A DNA stretch of 64,000 nucleotides from Verrucomicrobiota bacterium (lineage in GTDB: Bacteria > Verrucomicrobiota > Verrucomicrobiia > Limisphaerales > AAA164-E04). Position numbers and translations under genes: made by a program. How positions within the stretch are numbered: the stretch's first letter is position 1; the number at the start of each line of letters is the position of its first letter. Positions 20,418 to 28,866 of the stretch are shown piece after piece. Under the pieces are notes generated by a model, which saw only the letters and a program-made list of their open reading frames with translations, did no database searches and had not been told where the DNA came from. The stretch spans positions 3,264,001 to 3,328,000 of the forward strand of contig CP170459.1 in assembly GCA_047947115.1 (NCBI GenBank). Reading direction: 5' to 3'.

Positions 20418-21179
20418 ATGTCAGAATCCTGTGAGCCCCCTCAAGTTGGCGCCAGGTTGCGTGGTATCCATCATTTTGGGTTCACGTTGATTGAATTGCT
20501 GGTGGTGATCGCCATCATAGGCTTGTTGGCATCGATGCTTTTTCCGGCTCTGGGAAAAGCTTCGGCAAAAGCCAAACAGGTCCGGTGTGCTTCGAATATG
20601 AGGCAGATCGGTCTCGGTATATCCATGTATGCCGATGACTTTGACGGTAAACTACCCCAAACAGCTCATGAAACGTTGAGCACCAATAAAATTTGGATAC
20701 GCCAGATTCACTCTTATGTGGGAAATTCAGACGACATCCGCCTTTGCCCGGCGGATCCGACCCGTATGGACCGTCGTGAGAGTGGTGGAACAAGTTATAT
20801 TTTGAACGATTTCATTTCGTTGCCGATCGTGGATTCTTTCGGACAGGTTCTAGTGCCTGTCCCAAAACTGGATCAACTGCGGCAACCTTCGGAAAGCATC
20901 CTTCTTTTTGAAGTGGCGGATGAATATGGGCCATCGATATTTTCCGATCACACCCACTCCCGCGCCTGGCTGAGAAGCGGCTGGGAAGGTGTGGTGTCGG
21001 ACATTCAACCCGATCGACATCGGGGAGGTGCTCCCAACGAGGATCGCACCAAGGGCAGGGCTAATTACCTGTTTGTGGATGGTCATGTTGAGTCCATCGA
21101 TGCAGCCGATTTGAAACGCCAGTTCGATCAAGGTATCAACTTCGCGCAACCACCTGAATTCCGCCAGCCTGTGCCATAG
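20418..21179 (+). CDS. Prepilin-type N-terminal cleavage/methylation protein with H-X9-DG-type C-terminal motif
   Basis: GFTLIELLVVIAIIGLLASML.PAL, CASNMRQIG, LCPAD, DHTH, RH...ANYLFVDGH. Confidence 0.92.
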   Translation: MSESCEPPQVGARLRGIHHFGFTLIELLVVIAIIGLLASMLFPALGKASAKAKQVRCASNMRQIGLGISMYADDFDGKLPQTAHETLSTNKIWIRQIHSYVGNSDDIRLCPADPTRMDRRESGGTSYILNDFISLPIVDSFGQVLVPVPKLDQLRQPSESILLFEVADEYGPSIFSDHTHSRAWLRSGWEGVVSDIQPDRHRGGAPNEDRTKGRANYLFVDGHVESIDAADLKRQFDQGINFAQPPEFRQPVP

Positions 21180-21320
21180 GATTGTTTGACGACTCATCAC
21201 GTTTTCGAACCTGGATCATTTTTATCATGTGTCATCCACGACGGCTCTTTGTGCCCGGTATGGGGTTGGCAATCTTTCATCAAAATCAATTTTAAACTTT
21301 TATTTTGCTCATTTCTTTCA

Positions 21321-24300
21321 ATGAAACGATTTGTTTTTAAAAATCTTATCCTGCCTGTATGGGGCATGGTGGCAATGGCGGCATTCGCCGGTGAACGACA
21401 AATGTGGACAGATGGTCATGGTGATCTCCAAGTCGGATACCAAGGCGGTGAATGGAACTGGGGAGTATGGACAGGCAACGAGGTGGATGAAGTCATCATC
21501 GCGCTGGATCACTCTTCAAAGGCCTTGATTCCCGACCATCCTAATTTTGAATTTCTGGGTGCGGTGGATGATCCGGTCTGGATTGCTCCTCAAGTTGACA
21601 AACAAGGTGTGGTGTTTCTTGGTGCAAACACTTCTTCCACACCACAAGGAACGTTCGTTGGCAATCGAATTGATTTGAAACTGACAAGTGTCCGGGGACC
21701 AGGTGATTTCTTCGTGTGGACCACGGGCGGTGCTGGTTCGGTCGAAGTCCCCATGAATTCACGTGACGGCATTGATGCAAAGGATGTCATCAACGCACCG
21801 GCTCCCGGACATTGGCATCAGAACTGGGGGTTCAGTTCTCCCGGAACCTACCTTGTGGGATTCACGGCTGAAGGAAGGCTCGCTGGACAATCCAGTGTCA
21901 TCACCAGTGAAGAGGAAGTTTATCGGTTTGCGGTCAATGTTTTTGACCGGGGTGAACTGGACTTGGAAGTCGCCTATGAAGACGGTGAATGGGAATTGGT
22001 TCTACTGGATGAAGCAAACGAGATGGAAATAGAGGCAGGTGAAGCCGCATTGCACGCAAGTCCCGGTACCTGGCAAGCGGTGCCATCCGATCCTGCTTAC
22101 GGTTTTCTTGGACGTCCTGGAGACAGTATCCACATCCTTCCACAGGAGGAAAAGGAAGGAATCTTGTTTTTAGGGATTGCCGGTGACGAGATTGAAGCAG
22201 GTGTTTTTGAGAATGATCAGGTATCTCTCAATCTGGCATCCGTGGACGGACCCGGCGCTGTTTATCTTTATTCGACCGATTCATTTGGAACTCCAACCAA
22301 GTACTTTGATTCCGGCGACGGCATCTCCGAATCGGATCAGTTTCCGGTAAGCGTTGGTGGGCATTCTCACCAGAACTGGGCTTTTTCAGCTCCTGGTATC
22401 TACCGTGTCGGACTGAACGCCTCAGGCGTGTTGACGGACGGTACACCTACCAGGAGTGAAGATACGGTTTTTCTATTTGAGGTATTCGGCCCCACCATTA
22501 TCGGAGAAGGGGAACTTGATCTCGAAGTCGCCTATGAAAACGGCGAATGGGAACTGGTGGGGTTGGACGAAGCCAATGAACGGGAGATTTTTGCCGATGA
22601 GTTGGTGATTTTAGGCACGGATGCCTCGAAGGTGGTCGTTCCGGAGGATCCAGCCTTTGGATTCCTGGGGGCTCCTGGTGACTCGGTCAACGTGCTGCCT
22701 CAGGAAGAAAAAGAAGGCGTTTTGTTCCTGGGGATCGCCGGAGATGAAATTGAAGCAGGTGTGTTCGAGAACGACTTGGTCGGACTCAATCTTTCCAGCG
22801 TGGACGGACCTGGAGCCGTGTATCTCTATTCAACAGACGCCTTTGGTTCACCTACCGTATATTTTGATTCTGCCAATGGAATCAGCGAAGAAGACGTATT
22901 TCCGGTGAGCGTGGGGGGACACTCTCATCAGAACTGGGGTTTTACACAACCAGGTGTTTACCGGGTTGGATTGCAGGCTTCCGGTCAACTGGCTGGATCA
23001 GCTGATACACCCCAGAGTGATGTCGCGGTGTTTACATTTCATATTCAGTCCGATGGAGGCTCCCCGGCTATGCCTTCCGTTTTCGCAGACGGTGAAATTG
23101 ATCTTGAAGTCGCTTTTGAGGAGGGTGAATTCGAACTTGTCCTGCTCGACGAGGTCAACGAACGAGAAATAGAGGCTGCCGATGGTCTTTTGACGTGTGT
23201 GGCTGCCACATTGGAACCTGTCCCGAATGATACTTCCTTTGGCTTCCTTGGCAATCCGGGTGATCGAATCTTCGTCCTGCCACAAGACGAGCAGGAAGGA
23301 GTTCTGTTCCTGGGAATTGCCGGTGATGAAATTCCTGCCGGTGAATTCCTGGACGATTCGGTCGGGTTGAATCTGGTGGAGGTTGACGGGCCTGGAAATG
23401 TGTTTCTTTATTCGACGGATGAATTCGGAATCCCGATGAAATATTACGATTCCGCCGATGGTATCACTTCAGAGGACCTGTTCCCGGTCAGTGTGGGCGG
23501 TCATTCACATCAAAACTGGGGATTCTCAGCCGCCGGTCATTATGAAGTCAAACTCCAAGCCTCAGGTGTGAAAGCCGCTAATGGTGAAACCGTCACCAGC
23601 GAGGCCGTATCCTTCTTCTTCGAAGTGATCGAACCTGAGGTCTTCAATGCCGGTGAATTGGATATGGAAGTCGTCTATGAAGATGGCGAATGGGAGCTGG
23701 CATTGCTGGATGAAGCCAACGAACGCGAAGTGGAACCGAACGAGGCACTGCTTCAAGGAGCACGAGGAACAAGGCAAACCGTCCCTGGAAATCCCGACTT
23801 CAGCTTCCTGGGTGAAGCCGGAAATGTCGTCTGGGTGTTGCCTCAGGACGAAACCGAAGGTGTTCTGTTTCTCGGGATTGCCGGAGACGAAATAGCATCC
23901 GGCGTTTTTGAGAATGACTCCGTGGATCTCCAACTCGTTGGGGTGCGCGGACCCGGTGATGTTTGTCTTTACGCGGTGGATGCATTTGGATCGCCACAGG
24001 TGTTCTTCAACTCCGGTGATGGTTTTGATGAAACCGACTCTTTTCCTGTAAGCGTCGGTGGGCATTCACATCAAAATTGGGGATTCACAGCTCCTGGTGT
24101 CTACAAGGTATCACTGCAGGCTTCCGGGACCTTGACGGGAGCCGCGAACCCGATCCAAAGCGAAGTGGTGGAGTTTACTTTCGAACTGCTTTCGGAAGCC
24201 CCATCCATGCTGACGGTTTCACGAACGGAAGATCAAAGCATCCTGATTCAATGGCCTTCCGTAGCAGGTTTGAATTATCAGCTTCAATCCATTCCATCAT

Positions 24301-24437
24301 TTGGAGACGGAGACTGGGTGAATGATGGAGATGTCATCCCGGGAACCGGCGAACCCATCGTCATGGAAGCGCCGATCAACAGCGAGGTGGCCTCCCGATT
24401 TTACCGGTTGATGATGGTTCAAAACAACAATCCTTAA
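21321..24437 (+). CDS. Large secreted acidic protein with five His-motif repeats (choice-of-anchor M / TIGR03769-like) and a C-terminal verrucomicrobial-type domain
   Basis: ATG at 21321 gives signal peptide MKRFVFK...AAFA; five roughly 180-aa repeats each end GH[SW]HQNWxF...GxY; C-terminus YQLQ...W...SRFYRL. Confidence 0.85.
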   Translation: MKRFVFKNLILPVWGMVAMAAFAGERQMWTDGHGDLQVGYQGGEWNWGVWTGNEVDEVIIALDHSSKALIPDHPNFEFLGAVDDPVWIAPQVDKQGVVFLGANTSSTPQGTFVGNRIDLKLTSVRGPGDFFVWTTGGAGSVEVPMNSRDGIDAKDVINAPAPGHWHQNWGFSSPGTYLVGFTAEGRLAGQSSVITSEEEVYRFAVNVFDRGELDLEVAYEDGEWELVLLDEANEMEIEAGEAALHASPGTWQAVPSDPAYGFLGRPGDSIHILPQEEKEGILFLGIAGDEIEAGVFENDQVSLNLASVDGPGAVYLYSTDSFGTPTKYFDSGDGISESDQFPVSVGGHSHQNWAFSAPGIYRVGLNASGVLTDGTPTRSEDTVFLFEVFGPTIIGEGELDLEVAYENGEWELVGLDEANEREIFADELVILGTDASKVVVPEDPAFGFLGAPGDSVNVLPQEEKEGVLFLGIAGDEIEAGVFENDLVGLNLSSVDGPGAVYLYSTDAFGSPTVYFDSANGISEEDVFPVSVGGHSHQNWGFTQPGVYRVGLQASGQLAGSADTPQSDVAVFTFHIQSDGGSPAMPSVFADGEIDLEVAFEEGEFELVLLDEVNEREIEAADGLLTCVAATLEPVPNDTSFGFLGNPGDRIFVLPQDEQEGVLFLGIAGDEIPAGEFLDDSVGLNLVEVDGPGNVFLYSTDEFGIPMKYYDSADGITSEDLFPVSVGGHSHQNWGFSAAGHYEVKLQASGVKAANGETVTSEAVSFFFEVIEPEVFNAGELDMEVVYEDGEWELALLDEANEREVEPNEALLQGARGTRQTVPGNPDFSFLGEAGNVVWVLPQDETEGVLFLGIAGDEIASGVFENDSVDLQLVGVRGPGDVCLYAVDAFGSPQVFFNSGDGFDETDSFPVSVGGHSHQNWGFTAPGVYKVSLQASGTLTGAANPIQSEVVEFTFELLSEAPSMLTVSRTEDQSILIQWPSVAGLNYQLQSIPSFGDGDWVNDGDVIPGTGEPIVMEAPINSEVASRFYRLMMVQNNNP

Positions 24438-24452
24438 TAGTTGCTTGGGATC

Positions 24453-24497
24453 GCATAGCGGCGCTCCAGCGCTTGTGCGTTTTGAGCGCCGCTATGC
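24453..24497. terminator. Strong hairpin between convergent genes (probable terminator)
   Basis: Perfect 14-bp inverted repeat GCATAGCGGCGCTC / GAGCGCCGCTATGC. Confidence 0.65.
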
Positions 24498-24607
24498 ATG
24501 GGGTTTTGTGGTTTGTGGACAACCACCACGGTTCCGGATAAAAGAAGAGAGCTGATCGAATCACGATTATGCACAAAAGCTCGTCCAGTCACTTTGAAAG
24601 GTGTGAG

Positions 24608-24994
24608 CTAAACCAAGACGGGAGGAGCGCGGGAAGGAGTCGAAGTGCGGAAGCGTTTTGTCTCGATCAGGTTGACCGTGAGTGAGGTTAGTTCAGTAAA
24701 ATGGAAGGATTCTCAACAAACTTTGACAGGCTCGATTTTAAGATCAACTCCCGATTGACAGAAGGGTTGCAGTGGATCTGGCGCTTTGGGTGTCTGATCG
24801 TTTGATGTGTGACCGCTTTCCTCCTCTTCACAAGCAGTACATACATGCTGTTAAACACACTGAACTTCCTCGCCACAAATCCAATGATGGAACGCATGAC
24901 TCCCAGCTCCAAGCGATACCAACCATACAAGCGCAATCACCATCAATGCTGACAGGATTTGGTGGATTCCGGTGGTGCGGAGATATTGCCTCAA
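24608..24994 (-). pseudogene. Second DUF2946-like CxxC/RAPP leader interrupted by two in-frame stops
   Basis: One frame reads ...[49 protein letters not shown]...KVC*ESF...TSTPSRAPPVLV*; stops at 24851-53 (TAA) and 24713-15 (TGA); start is TTG 24994 or ATG 24943. Confidence 0.65.
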
Positions 24995-25282
24995 CGGGGT
25001 GTATGCATTATCCCCGACATTTTTCTGAATGCTGGAGGTGTCACCGTCTCCCACTTCGAATGGCCGAAGAACCGTGCCGGTGTCAGTTTTGACAGCATGA
25101 TTTCCTGCCTCCGAAGGCAAGAATGATCAGCCATTGCTTATATATCACCGAGTATGGGGGGCATAGTTCATTGCAGATGCTGGCCGGAATCCTTCGCATT
25201 GTTTCAGGGGTTTGTTGATTTGTTCTGATGCTCATCTTTGAAGTTGATTCTTGAGCCTGATCGTGAAGAATTTCGTCAAATT

Positions 25283-27316
25283 ATGACCATGCTAACTTGT
25301 TACTTACACAAACCCTGGATGCTGCTTCTTGCTGCATGCTTTGGATTTGATTGGTGTGCGAACGGCAGTCAACTTGAGATTGCCGGATTGTCAGTGACCC
25401 CACATGTTCAATCCAAATCCATGCGTTACCGGCGTGATCCTGATCCCGAGCTGGGGGCACGGGTGGAACTTTTTTTGCGGAATCAAGATCAGGTGCCGCT
25501 GACCATGGCGCCTGAGTTTCCAGCGACCTTCGATGGTCAGAGTGCAGGGCATTGGCTCGCCTCCGGGGATTGGGCCTGGCACGACACCCCGTCGGCATGG
25601 AGCAACGAAACCCTTTCTTTGGCTCCGGGCGCGATGACGGTTTGGAGCTTTAACTCAAAAGTGTCCAAGTGGGGGGAGGGGAGTCACCATCAACTCGTGC
25701 TCGGCAATGATTCCTCGACTCCACTCGGATTTTACCTTGAAAAGCCCACTGTTTGGCTTTCGGCGGTGACGTTTGTGGGTGAGGGGGACTCGGTTCACCC
25801 TGTCCGGATTGTTATTCATATCGCCAATGAATCAGGGCACTCTGTCACACCGCAAGCTTGTCGCTTGTGGTTGCCCACCGGTCACTCCAACTATCGTGTG
25901 CTTTATCCCCAGGACTGGCTTCGAAACGTTCATCGTTTTCCAATAGGCACCGGCATTCAGTCTGGTGGGAAGGGGGGATTTGTGGTTGAGACCGGACCGT
26001 TGCCCTTGACTTACTGTGCTGTCGAGGTGGAAACCTCAACCCAGGAGGGAGTAGTGTCTTCCCTGTGGGCGCATCTCCGCATCAAACGCGAGATGTTTGA
26101 CATGGGTGGTGGTTGGGTTGCGGATCGTGTCGGTGACAGCAACACACTACAGGCTGTGCTCTATTTGAAAACCCTGCGTCGGATGCACATCAACAGCGGT
26201 ATGCATCAAGACGTCACAGGTTATTCCGACACTTCCCTGTTTGATCAGTATCCGCTGAAGTATATGAACCGACTGGAACCTTTCGAGCGATATGATACCG
26301 ACCTCATGCTGCCGCGGATTCACGCTGTGGAATTTCAGGGCGAACCGCAGTATGGCGGGGGGCGTCCGGTTCCGCCTCAGGAGGTGCTGACCCGTTTTTT
26401 ACCTTATGGTCCCACCCGGCTGCCCACATCAGTCACTCACAGTGAAGAACGCATCTGGAGGTATTACGCAGGTCTTTCCGACTATCCCCATTATGATGCC
26501 TATCGTGTGTGTGCTCCGGCACCCGATTCCTGGACGCGTTATGATCGTTGGGGTGGGGAACGGCTTCGTTGGGCGGCACCTCTCGAGACGATTGCAGACA
26601 TGACCCGCAGCCTGCGCGAACTCAATCGACCGCGTCCCATCGCCTACTGGTCTCAGGGGGCGCACGATGGCTGGGGACAATACGGAGGCCGACAGCGTAC
26701 TTCGCCTACGCCGGATGAACTGCGCGCACAGGCATATCATGCCCTTTCCCAAAGAATCACTTCACTTTATTGGTTTAATCTGAGTTTGAAGTCGTTGTTG
26801 AAGTTTCGCGATCTGATCGAACCGATCACGCGTGTGAACCGAGAGATCCGCTTGATGGAAGACCTGCTACTCGAGGGGGATGCTTTCGAATATCGTCGGG
26901 AGATCGAGGAAGGGCAACTCTCCTGGGACTTGGCCTCGGTGATGGGGCCCTCCGGCGGTCTTTTGTTTGCGCATGATTTGGCTTATGTTCCTGACCTTGA
27001 TGAAAAGGTGTTCAAATTCCGGCCTCGTGATGGCCTCTTTGTTTTCAAACTCCCCGCCTACTTGAGTCAGCCCACACAAGTGTTCCGACTGGATGCCGAC
27101 GGGCTGCATGATGTGACATTCACGGTGGAGGAAAATCGAATCATCCTGCGCGACCGGGTGAAGGTTGCCGGCATTTATGTTGTGTCACAGAACGATCATT
27201 TGCGGGCATCATTGGAGGCGCGTCATGCCAGCCTCATTGCTTTTGAACGAGGCTTTGGATTTGATCCAGCACACTCTGATTCCGACTTTGAAGCTCTCAA
27301 GCAAATACTCCCATGA
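25283..27316 (+). CDS. Hypothetical secreted protein (possible TIM-barrel glycoside-hydrolase-like C-terminal half)
   Basis: Long ORF with signal-like N-terminus; GEPQ, YDAY and PTPDELRAQAYHAL...YW pattern; start uncertain (25238 or 25283). Confidence 0.7.
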   Translation: MTMLTCYLHKPWMLLLAACFGFDWCANGSQLEIAGLSVTPHVQSKSMRYRRDPDPELGARVELFLRNQDQVPLTMAPEFPATFDGQSAGHWLASGDWAWHDTPSAWSNETLSLAPGAMTVWSFNSKVSKWGEGSHHQLVLGNDSSTPLGFYLEKPTVWLSAVTFVGEGDSVHPVRIVIHIANESGHSVTPQACRLWLPTGHSNYRVLYPQDWLRNVHRFPIGTGIQSGGKGGFVVETGPLPLTYCAVEVETSTQEGVVSSLWAHLRIKREMFDMGGGWVADRVGDSNTLQAVLYLKTLRRMHINSGMHQDVTGYSDTSLFDQYPLKYMNRLEPFERYDTDLMLPRIHAVEFQGEPQYGGGRPVPPQEVLTRFLPYGPTRLPTSVTHSEERIWRYYAGLSDYPHYDAYRVCAPAPDSWTRYDRWGGERLRWAAPLETIADMTRSLRELNRPRPIAYWSQGAHDGWGQYGGRQRTSPTPDELRAQAYHALSQRITSLYWFNLSLKSLLKFRDLIEPITRVNREIRLMEDLLLEGDAFEYRREIEEGQLSWDLASVMGPSGGLLFAHDLAYVPDLDEKVFKFRPRDGLFVFKLPAYLSQPTQVFRLDADGLHDVTFTVEENRIILRDRVKVAGIYVVSQNDHLRASLEARHASLIAFERGFGFDPAHSDSDFEALKQILP

Positions 27317-27349
27317 AACGTAAACGCCGCCCATTTTAATGTTTTTACG

Positions 27350-27421
27350 AAGCGGTAGCCACGCTTTTCAAAGCGTGGCTACCGCTTGTTGACGGGCGTA
27401 GACGCCTTCGCCAGAAGGTGT
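27350..27421. repeat. REP-like palindromes with GTAG heads between convergent genes
   Basis: AAGCGGTAGCCACGCTTT-TC-AAAGCGTGGCTACCGCTT (18-bp perfect stem), then GTAGACGCCTTCGCCAGAAGGTGT. Confidence 0.6.
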
Positions 27422-27439
27422 AGCGTCCCGAACGTTTAC

Positions 27440-28747
27440 TTACCTCAAAGGGCTCGATTCGGTGAGCGATCTTGGTCGTTTGTCATCGAAGTTTTGGGTC
27501 GCTTTGATGGTGTTGGTTTCCAGAGTGATGTCTTTTGCCTTGCTTCCGATACGGATTCCAGTGTGTTGCCTTCCGCTGCCTGTGTCTTCGATGCTGTTGT
27601 TTCGAATCACGGTTCCTCGGGTGGCTCCATCAACGAACAAGCCCCAACCCTTATTGTCGCGAACAGTGTTTTCCTCAAAAGTAATCCTATGTGCTGCCAT
27701 GGGCTCTGTTTCCGCACGCCAATAGACACCTCCACGTTGATTGCCCACAATGGTGTTTTGTCGGACCATATTTCCGCTGTCTTTGTGACCGATCGACATG
27801 CCGTAACCGCCATTTCCCTCAAGCCAGTTTCCTTCCGCAATCCCTCCTCTGACTCTCCAGCAAAAGAAGAAACCGTCCTCGTCGTTCTGGATGGCCCGAC
27901 AATGGGACACAGTAGGGCGTTGGGAACCGCTGCCCGGATGCAATCCAAATCCGGCGCAATGTTGGACCACACATTGTGTGACGGTGACGTCGTTGGACTG
28001 CTGAAAACTGATGCCGTCACCCTGGTAGTTGATGACTTCACAATCGGTGATCACGCAATGATCGCCTCGGTAAAGGTAGATGCCTGCCGTGCGGCAACCG
28101 TCTACCTTGGTGGGGTTGTTTTGCCGGTTGCCGTCCACGATCAGGTGTTCCACCCGGGCATCCTGAATTTCATAACCGCTGATCACCGGGTAAATGGTGG
28201 CGGCAAAGCCGCCGTCGGCTACCATGATATCGGCATTCATGGGGCGGGTGAGTGTGAAATGGTTTTCTTTGCCATTGAGGATGGTGGCGCAGACTCCGTG
28301 AAAATTGCGTTGTGTTCTGGAGGCGACATAAACACCTCTTCCAAGTTTGAAGCCATCTGTGTTTTCCACGGTGATGGCGGCTTCGCCATAGTCGCCGTCC
28401 GCAACCAGCGGGGATCTGTATTCCTTGGTCTTTTTCAAGATGGTTCGTCCGGGTGTTCCCCTGACAGTCACGCGGCTGCGCAGGTGAAGGGAATCATGCA
28501 TTGTAAACTCGCCGGGCCCAATCCTGACCAGGCCTCCCCCCAGGTTGCCCACGTAGTCCACCGCTGCCTGCAGGACGCGGTTGTCGTTGCCGATCATGTC
28601 CGCATCCTGCAATCCCACGGTGACCTCAATGGCCGGCTGGGCGTGCAGATCGTTTTCGGCATATTGACGTCCTGCCTGGTCTGCCGGTGATTGCCGGCTG
28701 AACAGGACCACCAAGCCCAACATCAAATGGAATTGTATGGATTTCAT
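27440..28747 (-). CDS. Secreted right-handed parallel beta-helix protein (pectin lyase-like fold)
   Basis: Signal peptide, LQAAVD...GGG.V.I.PG, repeated N..dGi PbH1-type coils. Confidence 0.85.
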   Translation of the reverse strand: MKSIQFHLMLGLVVLFSRQSPADQAGRQYAENDLHAQPAIEVTVGLQDADMIGNDNRVLQAAVDYVGNLGGGLVRIGPGEFTMHDSLHLRSRVTVRGTPGRTILKKTKEYRSPLVADGDYGEAAITVENTDGFKLGRGVYVASRTQRNFHGVCATILNGKENHFTLTRPMNADIMVADGGFAATIYPVISGYEIQDARVEHLIVDGNRQNNPTKVDGCRTAGIYLYRGDHCVITDCEVINYQGDGISFQQSNDVTVTQCVVQHCAGFGLHPGSGSQRPTVSHCRAIQNDEDGFFFCWRVRGGIAEGNWLEGNGGYGMSIGHKDSGNMVRQNTIVGNQRGGVYWRAETEPMAAHRITFEENTVRDNKGWGLFVDGATRGTVIRNNSIEDTGSGRQHTGIRIGSKAKDITLETNTIKATQNFDDKRPRSLTESSPLR

Positions 28748-28866
28748 AAGGAAAGCATTATTTCCGCTTTTTGTTAAGACGGCGAGTATAAATTCGCTTT
28801 TACATCAAACCCAAATCCTGTTTGAACCTTGCCTTTATCCTCAAACATATTCAAGATTTCCGGGTC

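Noticed and set aside
21186..21320. TTG start extension of the His-repeat protein
   Set aside because: ATG at 21321 gives a clean signal peptide; the extension looks like intergenic sequence.
24713..24715. TGA as selenocysteine in the second RAPP leader (also kinase codon 3)
   Set aside because: The same frame also has a TAA, no SECIS-like hairpin was evident, and the kinase position is normally Gly.
24979..24993. Second Fur/Zur-like box (TGAGG-CAATA-TCTCC on minus strand) upstream of or overlapping the decayed leader
   Set aside because: Only 8/10 match to the half-sites, and it overlaps a possible coding start; too weak to call.
27386..28690. 434-aa plus-strand ORF
   Set aside because: Antisense shadow of the beta-helix gene, which has a signal peptide and recognisable repeats.
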